Below are positions 39,151 through 50,460 of a stretch of DNA of 64,000 nucleotides, one piece after another. The translations under genes were made by a program, and so were the position numbers. This stretch comes from Lama guanicoe (taxonomy: Eukaryota): the NCBI GenBank assembly GCA_013239625.1, contig MU053934.1, positions 10,951,003 through 11,015,002 of the forward strand, in the 5' to 3' direction. Within the stretch, counting starts at the first letter, position 1, and the number at the start of each line of letters is the position of its first letter. Below the pieces are notes generated by a model. The model saw only the letters and a list, made by a program, of their open reading frames with translations. It was not told the DNA's origin and made no database searches.

Positions 39151-41642
39151 GAAGGAGACGAAGGGGCGTGGCCGACACGTGGCATGTCCACCCCGACTCT
39201 GGACGTGGAGTGAGAACTCGCCCTGTGCCAGGCTCTGCTCGTGACCTGATTTGAGCTACCCTCACAAGAGCCCTCTGAGATGGACTCCAGCTTCGTCAGG
39301 CTTCCCTAGAAATGCAGTCCCTGGGGACCGTGAAGCCAGGATCTGGGCTGGGAGGATGGAAGGGTGGAGGTGGACCTTGGACACGTGCAGCAGAACTTGG
39401 TGGTAAGTGGGCTGGGGAGGAAAGGGCCGGTGAGGGAGGAGAAGGTCCCAGAGGGCTGCTAGTCTAGGGCTGGGGGCCATCCCACCAGTAGAGATGGTGA
39501 AGGCCCCTGGAGAGCAGGGCTGAGAGTTGCTAAGCACCCCAGTTCTGTCCCGCTGGCTTTCCCGCTGCCCCCGTCATGGCAGAGAGCTGCAGGCGGAACC
39601 AGACCACCTGGGCTCCAGTCCCGGCTCTGCTGATAGCTGAGGACCACCTGGGAGCACTGTGGGGTCATCCTGAGCCGCAGTAAACTGGACAGCAGCCTCG
39701 CCCACCTCATGGTGCGGGGCTCAGCGACTCGGACAGTGCGACCTGAACCCCACTGGCACGTGGTCAGAGGTGGTGCCTTATTACGATGAGCTTTCAGTCT
39801 GCTCACCTTGTGCCGTGTGACCCTGGTGCCAGCCTTCCTTCCCTGCCAGGCCGCCATGACATTGCCCTCCACCACAGGTCCCCTACTCGGGGTGTCCTCC
39901 GCCCTCTCCCACCCCCTTCTTTCTCAGCATTTGCAAGACACAGCAAAGCTCCAGGCTCTCCAGGGCATCCTGGCTGACTGCTGCCACCCACACTTACCCT
40001 GGGAGCTCCTGCAGCACCCTGACTGTGGGTGTCCACGGTCCATCCTGCAGAGCAGTGGAGGAAGAAAGGAGAGCTGTGGGCTTGGGCCCCGTCCCGGCAT
40101 CCCGAGGCCTGGCTCAGAGCCTTTGCTTCCAGCCTTGGCTGCCAGCTTCCTGGTCCTCATGCTGATCTGGTCCAAGAAGACGGCAGAATGGAAAACTCCC
40201 AGGTGCTGTGCTGAGGCCACGTGAGAGAGAGCGCTTGCAAGCGCTCCCAGAACATCTGGCTGCCGGTTCCTGCAAGAACGAGCTGAACAGTTAAGACAGG
40301 ACACGCTGTCCTGACAGGCTGATTTGCAATTTACTCGAAGGTAAAAATAACTGGACAATAACAATTTCTTCCTTGACTCTTTTTCATGTGGTAGGAAATA
40401 AAATTATGTGCTAATAAAGATAATACTTTTTGTGTCTGTGGCTTTTATGAAGAACTAATGCTTTGGGGAGTCATTTGTTTAGGAAAATCAAAAGGGAAAT
40501 CATGGAAAAATGTCTAGCAGTTCTTAAAACAGACCTGAGGTGAAAACTTTGTCCGAATATGAAGTTGGGCTCCAGGTTTTGCGTTGCTTTTATCACCTGT
40601 TTGTTTATACTTTGCCTCGTCGACAGGGGCTCTCAGGCGGGAGGCTCCGTTCATGACGAGGACAGCTCCTTGGGTTCCAGCCGGAGACACAAGACTCGGA
40701 CCAGGAGTGATGTGGCTGAGATCAGGCCGATTCCTCCTCCAGTGCTGTGAGCTCCTAGCAACAGCCACACTGGCCAGAGGGCACGAGAAGGAAGCTCAGA
40801 GCCCCTGCCTCGTGCCCCCAGCCCCACAGGTCAGACCCGCTCCCGGTGGACCCCGGGGCCATTCTCTGCCTCCGGAAGACTTCCAGCCAACCACCCAAGA
40901 GCAAGCATCAGTTAATTCTGCAACTCAGCTTCCCTCCTGCAAACCGCAAGTCTCCCGTCTCCCATGACACGTGGTCCTCACTCAGTGGCCCCTGCAAGCT
41001 GGCCGGCTGGCCTCTGCACCTGCCTCTCTCGGCTCTCAGTCCTGGCGAGACAGCCCGATGCGGTGCAGGGAGAGGTCTTTGGAAAGCCTCGTCCTGAGCT
41101 CAGCCCGACCCCAGCAGAACCAGCTGGGCTGCAATTCTAAGGCCAGGAGTTGATCACAGGCACACTCCCCCGTGTGGCGCGTCCACGCTGTGAGGTCCGG
41201 GAGGGCAGGGCCCCAGCAGCCTCTCACACTCCGGTTGCACACAGCGGGTCCTTCAGGAGCGGTCATGAAATGATGGCTTTGAGGAGACGCTGTCCATCCC
41301 TTCAGACACATCACACACACACAACAGATGATCAGGCAAACTCAAAACGCGAAGGAATCACACTGGAAAAATGACCTCCCTTGGTTTGGTCAATTATAAC
41401 CACGTGGCTGGGAACTCACCAAGACCATCCTTAGTGCTTCAAGTTAGAGTCATTGAGCCCATCAGAGATGAGAGACCCCAAGCTCAGGTCAGTGGTTCTC
41501 TCTCCAAACCCGGTGGTGAACAGGAAATGGCATGGTGTCCAGGGTCGGGGGAGTGTGTCCTGGGGCTGCCTCACACCGGCTCGCCAGGGAAGGCTGTTAA
41601 TTTTTCGGGAACATTATGAGATGGTTGCTTAACTGTAGGTGA

Positions 41643-42032
41643 CGTGGTTTGAATTGTGGGTACTCCCCCCAAAGATAGGTCCACGTGGTACCTGCTCGTG
41701 TGAGTGTGCGCGTTTGGAAAAGGGGGCTTGGCAAACGTGATTAAGGTAAGGCCTCTGAGACAAGGTCTTGCTGGGTTTAGGGGCAGAGTTTATAAGAGAC
41801 ATGTGTCCTGATAAGAGTGAGGGAGGAGATGTGAGACCTGGACACCCAGAGGAGGAGGCCACGAGATGGGGGGCAGAGGTGGTGCGATGGGAGAAGCGAA
41901 AAAGGATTCCTCCCTCCAGACGGGGCCCAGCCCTGCCAACACCCCGGCTCCAGAACTGGGAGAACCAGCGTCTGCTGTTTTAGGTAACGAGGTTTGACGT
42001 CGCTTGTCTAGGCAGGACCTGGGGCACTAGTA
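41643..42032 (+). mobile_element. MaLR LTR (MLT1C/D-like)
   Basis: tggtttgaattgtg...ccccaaagataggtccacgt...tttggaaaagggggcttggcaaacgtgattaag...ctccagaactgggaga...ctagtac. Confidence 0.85.
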
Positions 42033-44689
42033 CCACGGGCATTATTAAACATCATGCCGTGGGAATTCACTATCACGTAAGTTAGGATAGGGCAATGCGT
42101 GCTTAAGGTCCCACACGGCCTCGCTGCGTCTCACTGTGACTTTCTGCTCCTGGCTTCTCATTTGCATCCTCTTTCCCTGTGCAGTAGAAACACCATGTAA
42201 CGACACTTGCATTTCTCCCCAAATCCCACATTCAAGGGAGCCGCGTGGGTAGCTTGAAACCCTCCATGGTGGGAATATTGATGCCAAGGAAACTGACAAA
42301 CGCCCCAGTCAGGCCTTGGTCCGCTTGTCCGTTGGCCATTTAGAGGTGACGTGATGCAGAGGCTGCCCACGTGCGGAGGGACGTGCAGGCGTGGGTGGCA
42401 GCCCCTGCCGCGCCGTGTGGAGCCCAGAAACTGAAGCAGGGTTCCTCCGGCACCTGAGCGTGGTCAGCCAGTCCAGTGAGGAGCCGCTTGAGTCATCGGC
42501 CAGCGGGTGAGCTGCCGCATGGCCTTAGTGGCCGCACGTTTGTCTTACGCTTTCACTCATTAGTGTAAACGAAAATATCGACCAGCGTTCCTGCTGGAGC
42601 TACACCGGGTCACCGCCTGCCCCCAGAGGCTGGCTGCACAGACGGGACCAGCCGCAGCCGACGAAGACGTCCCATGAGAGTCACCAGCGGCGCGGAGCTC
42701 ACGGTCACTTGTGAGACTGTGACGCATACTCCTGCCCACAAACTGCGCCGCCGTCTTTCGGATCGGTGAAGCTCACAGTGAACGCACGCCCTGGACCTGA
42801 GGCACCTGGACCCGGTTCTAGCCCACACCCAGGGAAGCTTAGGTGCCTGAAATCCCTTGGGATTAAGTAGAAAAAGCAATCTCAGAGCTTCAAGAGATTG
42901 ACTTACGAGAGAGCTTTATCGCTCCATCCCACCTGGCACTCCCACTAACCCCCTGACGGCCCAGGGACGCGCTCGTCCCCGCAGAACGAGAAGTAAACTG
43001 AACGGTGGAGCGCAGGGCCTTAAAGGATCAGAGAGCGGCCCCTCCAGCCCGCAGGCGGGGCTAGGCTCCAGGGCTTCTGGCACCAACGCCCTGTCCGTGA
43101 GGTCACCTTCTCCATCCCGGCCAGCTCCACCCGCGTGCTCACTGCCCCTCTAGGCATTAGATGAGTCTCTTGTTCAGAGGAATTGTGAGTGAATGGAGGG
43201 TCCTACATTTTTATTAACACCTCCTGAGAATTAGTGCAGTGTGAGAGGAATGGGCAGTCAATGAAGGTAAAGGAGGCTGAGTGGTTACAATATGCCGAGT
43301 TGCTCTTGCCTGACATCCACCTAGAAGCACCTGCCGCACCCTGGGCTGGATCCTGGCACAGCCTGCAGGCAAATGCAGGGGGGCCCCGGCTGGAGCAGGG
43401 GCGTGGTCCTCCCTGGGGGCGCCCGGACCTGGGCCGACCTGTGTGGACGGCCAGGGACCCCGCGCCGGGCCCAGGCAGCTCACGGCGCCATGTTGGTGTC
43501 GTCCCAGCCAGTGACTCACAGCGTTGCTCTCCATCTCAGACGCGTCCTGATTTGGAGGATGAATCCTCTACTCTCTGCTCACTTGTTGCCTCTGCAGCTG
43601 CTTCTGTGTTCCTTCTGCCCGTGTCCCCTTCCTTCTGTTCTGGCTCCCTTATCTGGTTTACCCTCCACAACGTCGTTTTGATCATATTTCCTCTATGAAG
43701 TCCATCTAGACGGCTCCAAACTGCACCTCTTCCGTGTCCCCCCGACACCCCGAAATCCACCAACCACACACCTGAGCGTCAGGTCAGTCTCCTGCCACGT
43801 CCTCCTCCCCTGACCCAGACCCTGCACACCTGGCCCCATGCCTTTCCGTCCCCCAAACACACAACACAGCACCTTCCCTCCCCGGGTGCCCTGCAAATGT
43901 TTGCTGACATTATACAAACAAACCAGGATCTGGTAATAAACCTTGAAAACGAGGCACCACTAAGATCCGAATGAATTCCAAGGAGGTGTGAATCAAGGGA
44001 AAGGGGACTTCAGGTGCATGAGAAACTCAGGGGACTTAGGAGTGATAATGGCTTTTTTATCTAAATTAAACAGAGCTGGTTTGAGGAGGCTGTGCTTCCA
44101 GAGGAGACTGGGGACAAATTTGTCTCTAATTTTGGTTCCTGAAAAATAAATCGAGGCAATTATTACTTCAGGATCGCTCCTCAGTATCCACCCGTCTTCT
44201 TAAAATCCCACATTAACACAACCTGCACTAAAGACATTTTAAAAGTCACTGCTGCTGAACTTTTTTTATTCCTGAGGGTATATTTGATGCACGTAACCCG
44301 AGATCAGATTCAAATCTCCTTGGAGGACCAGCCGCCGGATCCCAGCTTGTTTCGAGGACTCTCCTTGGCGGGGAGATGAGGGTGCTTCTCACCCCAAACC
44401 GGAGCCCAGGGTGGTGCCGGCCCCAGGGAGGGGAGCCCCACCAGCCACGTGGGGCTGAGCACAGGGCGTGGGCCAGCAAGGGGAGGCGGGGGGTGGCGAG
44501 CAGCCCTTCCCACCCCTGCATCTTCAGTCGAGCACAAGGGTCACTGGTCACTGCTGTCTAGGGACACCTGCCAGTGCGTCCAACGCATCCACAGGCCTTC
44601 CTGAGTGTCTGTCAGGCTCTCCACTCCATGCGGTGCCACGTGCGTGCCTGTAAACATGAGTGTGACTGCTGGGAGACCCCTGTGGGCTC

Positions 44690-44850
44690 TGCCTTCACTC
44701 ACTCACTCACTCACCCCAAGTCAAGCGCCCACCCTGTTCCAGGGGCTGGACACTGGGGACAGAAGTGCTGTGACCATGCGTGTGAGACCGCATTACTGTG
44801 GTTCTGGAAAGAACAGAGTGCTGTGGGAAATTGTGGGGGCCCCGGCCCAG
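44690..44850 (-). mobile_element. L2 3' end relic
   Basis: ttcactcactcactcactca...gcgcccaccctgttccaggggctggacactggggacaga. Confidence 0.6.
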
Positions 44851-45339
44851 TCAGAGAGAGAGAGAGAGCCCCTCAGACGAGCCTCTCGGAGCTTGTTGGC
44901 TCTGCCGTTTGTCCCCAGCAGGGCTCGGGGCAGAAGAGCGAACGGGGCACCGTGTGCTGTGCGGTACGCGCCTGAGCTCATCCAGCCCCCACGACGTGCC
45001 AGCCCCAGCTCAGACGTGCAGATACACAGCTGAGGAACGTCCACGGTCAGGCCCAGGCTCCCGTCTCATCCCGATGACGTCGTGCAGGCGTCTCGCCGGC
45101 TCTGTGCCACCCCCGTCGCCTCTACTGCACCTGAAGTACAGGCTCATTCAGAGCAGTGGGCGGGGGGGGGGGCGCTTCCGAGACACCCTCACCGCCACAG
45201 CCTCCCAGATCCTGGGTGATTACTAGACAGACAGATAGGTAGGTAGACACACCGCGTCTCCCCTGTCCAGTCATCTGCTGCCCACTCCCTTTCCCACTGG
45301 TAATGACCACCAGGCAGGGTAATGTTTTCATTGTGATTT

Positions 45340-46010
45340 GAACAGTTTAAATGGGAAATCATGGAAAGAGAAAACTGAACCAACCTAAAAGAAGACAAGA
45401 AAAGAGAAACAGAAAAACAGAACCTTTGGGCAAATAGGAAACACAGAATAAGGTGACAGCCCTAAGCCCTTTGTGACAGCTACCCCAGTAAATGTGAGAG
45501 AAGGAAAGCTAATGTTTAAAATACGAACGTTGCTAAAATGTATGAGAAAAGATACAATGGCATGCTTCCAACCAGATGCCAGACTGAAACCAAAACAGCA
45601 GGACTGGCGACGGTGACAAGCTGGGGGCAGAAGCACGGATGCGGCGCCGGCGCCGGGGGAGAGCCGGGCGCTGGGGGCAGCGCAGCTGCGGGCCGACGGG
45701 GCCTCCCGGGACCTCTCCCGTCCGCGAGCGAGGGACCAGGGCGGAGACGGCTTCAGTATTTGCACAAATGAAGTGCAAGCAGGAACTGGCAAACGCACGG
45801 TCGTTGTTGGGGACGTCAGCACGCCCGTGCCGGGGACAGGGAGGGCAGCGGACCAAGACGAGCTCACCGCGGAGGGGAGCCTCCCACGTGACCCAGCGAG
45901 CGGTGGGGACCGCCCCACCCCGACCCAGAGCCCGCCGCGCCTCACACACGGGACGTTTGCACACACCGGCTGCTCGGAAGGCCGTACAGCGGTCGTGACA
46001 CGTCTCAAGC
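45340..46010 (+). mobile_element. Ancient L1 ORF2 endonuclease relic; right half extremely GC/CpG-rich
   Basis: ORF 45773-46060 contains RTVVVGDVSTPV and THGTFAHTG, matching L1 endonuclease motifs TIIVGDFNTPL and AHGTFSKID in the same order. Confidence 0.7.
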
Positions 46011-46447
46011 ACCTGTGCTGCTCTTGGTACAACACGCGGGGAGACGGGCCGCTCTGCTGACCGCCCGCCTCGGGGGGCCGGACTCCCTCCCCTCCACCCT
46101 CCACGGGCTCTTCAAATGGATTTCGTATCTGCATCTCTCTTTTCAGATTCCTGATACACTAACGAAATTAACTTGGTAGCAGGAAAAAATAACTTACCAG
46201 AAAAAAAAAAAAGATTTTCTGGTTTAAGAGGGGGACCCTGGGAAACTTCCAGTGAAAAGACACTTCCAAACGTGAGAGGTTAGGAAAACAGACTCTGCAA
46301 GCCTGTTACAGTCCTGACGCTCAAGTGAAACATTAACACAAGTCAAAAAATGACATTATTGGAATTGATTCCTATTAAGTAATGGAATTTAACATCAGTC
46401 CTAAAAAGTGAGGCCAAAAACTGTTCCCTTACTGAATAAAAATGAGT

Positions 46448-47030
46448 CTGTAAATTAGGGTCTCATCAGAGCACAGAAACTATGCTAGGTGTTTTAAACT
46501 GAGGGAATTTAATACAGGAATTGCTAGTTTGTGGAAAGCCTATATATTTTTTAATGTGTAACCTCGGGGCAGTACATTCCAGATTACCCACATTAGGCTG
46601 AGCCAATGCAAATATAATAACATCGGTAACTTCAGATACAACATCGCAGCTGGGGATGAGCCAGGCGGCTCAGAAGGCCGTCCCCTCCACACACATACAC
46701 GCACACGCACACACACGCACACTCATGCTTTGGGGTCACACAGTGAGTTCTCGGGGGACCGCTAACTGGTGATGGCTGGTTTCAAGGGGTCCTGGAGGCG
46801 ACGGTGCTGGGGGCACCCAGGGAGCTTGGGGACCTGGACTTCTGCCCCGGGAGCGATGCTGATGAGGCTGGAAGTGAGAAGCCTTTTCTCCCCTCCGTCG
46901 GCCTTCCCATCTCCCACCAGACCTTCCTGAGAGCAGAGCCTAACTGGAAGCCAGCGGACAAGGGACTCTGGGAGATGTAAGTCACGGACGCTTGGCCCAG
47001 GGCAGGGAGCAGGGGGTGGGCCCTTAGCTG
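46448..47030. mobile_element. Old ERVL-type LTR fragments (LTR33-like)
   Basis: cagaaactatgctaggtgttttaaactgagggaatttaatacagg and cagagcctaactggaagccagcggacaagggactctgggagatgta. Confidence 0.5.
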
Positions 47031-47129
47031 ACAGGCAAAGAGGCAAACACGAGGCACAAGGATCTACCAAGAGCTTGCAGGACAACTCCTGCTTCATAAC
47101 GCAATGCAGGAGCATCTAAAATCGTGACT

Positions 47130-49045
47130 AAGAAGGAACACTTCCGTGGCACTGTGTGTATATGAGAGGTTCTAGACAGCATCATAAAATAAGGCAAAAA
47201 TATAAGAAAATGAAAAGGGAAAGACTGTCAGTGTTTGGATGTATTATAGTGTCTGAGTAAAATCCTTGATAGATTCTCAAAAAATGATTGAAATTAGTGT
47301 GCATTTAATAAAGCACTGCATATAAGATCAGTAAATATAAAAACAGGTACTTCGTTATAAATCATCAATATTTAAAAAGTAACGTTCAAAGAGTTTTGTA
47401 ACAACAATATAAGGTGTATAGGGAGAAATTAATAAAATGCGCACAAAACCCCGCATGAGAAAAACAGAAACACACTAAAGTGTATTCCACTTTTACGGTG
47501 GGGAAGATTCGGCATTTGAAAATGCCACATCTCCCCACCCAGAGTCAGAGATTCAATGAAAATTCCAGTGCCGATCTCTGTGGAAACTGATGAGATGATT
47601 CTAGCGTTTATGTGGGGGAGCAAAGGGCCAGGAGGGGCCAGGATGCTCCTGAGACTGCCACGGAGAGTCATAAGGCCACCTTCACGACCGGGAGTGGTGC
47701 TGGTACGAGGTCGGGAGGAAAGGGGCTGATGGAACAGAATACAGAGCCCAGAGGGGACGCGGCACAGGCCGCCGCTGTAGCTCAGGCGGGGAGGGAAGAC
47801 ATATCCAGTGCGGGATTCAGGCAGCTGCTTCCTCACGGGGGCCAAACAAAGGAGAAAGGAAAGGAAAAACTGCATCCCACGACGTTAAAAGCATCAATTA
47901 TAGATTGTTTAAAGAATTAAAAGTAAGAAGCCGAGCTATAAATATTTAAAAAGAAAACATTATGGGATTCCTTGCGTTGCTTAAACTAGACCCCAAAGCA
48001 CTAACCGTAAAGCATCGTGGAAGCAAAAATCTTTGTTTATGAAACGGCACCATTAAAAAGTAAGCGAACAGTCACAAACACGACTAAGATATTTGCAATG
48101 CGTTTAATCTAAGACGGATTGGTGCCCAGTAAACGGCCTCTTATAAACCCGTAAAAAAAGACATGCCAGCCAGTGAAAATTGGAGACAACATGTAGAAAC
48201 GCCTTTCACAAAATACAAAACAGGAGCTAGTTAATAAACACTTTCAAGGGTGGGCAATCTCTTTCTTAATGAGAGGATGCAAATTAAAATCACATTAGGG
48301 CTGGTTCTCCTACCAGATGAATTAAAGTTTAAAAGGCAGACAAGATTAAGATTAAACAGGCAGAAGGCACCAAGTGCTGGTGGGGACGAGAGTGCTCACG
48401 CTCACCTGCTGCGGCCGGGCCTGCAGACTGGGAAAGTTGCCCTGGGAAGCAAAGCGCAAGGTGTCCAGAAGTGTGCTGCAGACGCGCGTTTCCCGGGCCC
48501 AGTAACCCCACTCCTGGGGGAGGAGCGTTCGCATGTAAACGCTGGGCCGGGGGCCGGGGAAGGGTGGGCAGGGCCTCACGCAGTTCCGCTGCGTGTAACC
48601 GCGAAGAGGGGGTTACGGCCCGGAGCAGGGGGCTGGACTGTGGCGTGGTCACCTGGCTGCACCCGCCAGCGGGAGGGGTTACAAACACTGGGGGAATCTC
48701 AGGAACAAGGGTCTTGGGTGAGACGTGGGGAGAAACGACGCCAGGGGAACAACGCCGGTAAACTGAAGACTTCACGACGTGCCTTTCGGGGCCAACCCCA
48801 AACAGAGCAAAGCACCACGGAAAAAAAACCCTCATCGCAGGCGAAACGGACGTCGGGCTGTTGACAGGCGCCCAGAGGGACGCCAGGGCTGAGGACGGCC
48901 ACGCGGCGGTGGCAGCTTCTCCCCGGATGACGGCCGCCTTCCTGCTTGCTCCGTTGCACTTGTACGAGACGGCGTGTGCGCACGCGTCAGTCTTCAAATG
49001 TGATGGATGCGACATTTTGTAATAATAAAACGTATTTGTAAGAAA
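47130..49045 (+). mobile_element. Ancient L1ME-like RT region to 3' end, probably a continuation of the 45340 element
   Basis: gaggttctagacagcatcataaaataaggcaaaa (LEVLARAIRQ region); gagatgattctagcgtttatgtgg; gatgcaaattaaaatcaca; terminal ttttgtaataataaaa. Confidence 0.75.
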
Positions 49046-49054
49046 CGAAACGAA

Positions 49055-49260
49055 CATTTGACGAGAGCGAGTATGTGCGGCCACCTCCTCTCTGTTGGGG
49101 GCTCTTTCCCTCCCAAGAGCCGGGAGGGAGGAAGTGCTGATGAGCCCATTTTCCAGATGAGAGACATGAGGCTGCAGCTGGAATGTGGGGGCGCCAGGCT
49201 TGCTGCAGAGCCACGACCCTACACTGCGTCCATCCAGAGTGAGGCGGGATGGTACCCAAA
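49055..49260 (-). mobile_element. MIR SINE
   Basis: gcccattttccagatgagagacatgaggctgcag matches the MIR core. Confidence 0.65.
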
Positions 49261-50104
49261 CCACCCGGGGAGACTGGAGGCGGGGAAGCCAGCCAGCGCC
49301 GTGCAAGCCTGGCCGGGCCGCAGAGAGAGGTCACAGCCGCTTCCTGAGGAAGCCAGAGGCGGCCCAGGGGAAGGGACGGTGTGCGGCGTCTCCGGTTCTG
49401 CTCCTGGGGGCGCGGGGTCTGAGCCAGCCCTGGGAAGGCGGACCAAAGGGTCCCCTCATGACAACTGAGCCCAGGGTGGCGTCTACCTGTCTCGTCACCC
49501 ACTTCTCTTCAACTAGTTTATGAGTCTGCCAAGTCGGGCTGCGACCTCTTTAGGAGACAGCTGTACTTCCTCTTTTCACTCCACGCACCACTGAGCCGAA
49601 GCCCGGGTGCCTGGGCTGCGCCTGCGGACAGCAGCACCAGGATGGAGAGGAAGCCTTGCAGAGCCCAGCTCTCCCGTAGCTGGAGGCGAACTGTCGCACG
49701 GCCCTGAGCTCTCTGGGCCTCACCACCAGAGTCTGCAGAGTGAGGACGTGGGCACGCAGGCCTGGTCGTGCTCAGCTCTGCATGGGTGTGCCACGCGTGA
49801 AGACAGACTTATGTGTGTGTGGGTGGACCAGGCGTCTGGATGGACCACAAACTTGGGTGGATCAGTCACCTTCAGCACTGGGTCCTTGCTATCCAGGGTG
49901 AGGCCCATGGACCAGCCGCGTCAGCTTCATGCGGGAGCCTGTAGGCGTGTAGAATCTCAGTCCCCAGGCCTGCTGGACCGGCATCCCCGGCCCATCCACG
50001 TGCACCTCAGAGTCCAGGAGAGCTCTGCATCCTGCCCATGGGACAGGCCCAGCGTCCGCAAGGATCACGCCATGGCTGCAGAGTGGACGAGCCAGGACCC
50101 TCGC

Positions 50105-50460
50105 TGTTGATTCTGACCTGCTAGGGCTGCCACGCACTGGGCGGCTTAAACTACAGGCGTTTGCTTCCTCCCAGTCCAAGATTAAGGTGTGAGCAGACTG
50201 GATCCTTCAAGGGCCCCCCCGGGCCATCTCCTGCCTCGCCTGCCCGTGAGGACTTCCCTCTATGGCCTCTGTATCCAGGCCTCCCCTTTTTGTAAGGACC
50301 AGCCGCAGTCTAATTGGGCGAGGGGCCCGCTCTACTCCAGTCTGACCGAGTCCTAACTAGTTACATCAGCAGTGATCCTATTTCCAAACAGTCGCATTTG
50401 GGGTCCTGGGAGACAGGCCTTGGATACAGGAAGTCCAAGGGGATGCAATCCAGCCCCGAC
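50105..50460 (-). mobile_element. MaLR LTR (MLT1B/C-like)
   Basis: ctagggctgcc...actgggcggcttaaac; gtccaagattaaggtgtgagcag; cctaactagttacatcagcagtgatcctatttccaaa. Confidence 0.85.

Noticed and set aside
42170..42350. Plus-strand exon-like segment (acceptor near 42184, weak donor near 42346)
   Set aside because: No convincing frame or partner exons; such signals are common by chance
48329..49306. 325-aa ORF as a gene
   Set aside because: It lies antisense across GC-shifted L1 and MIR relics and has no recognisable domain
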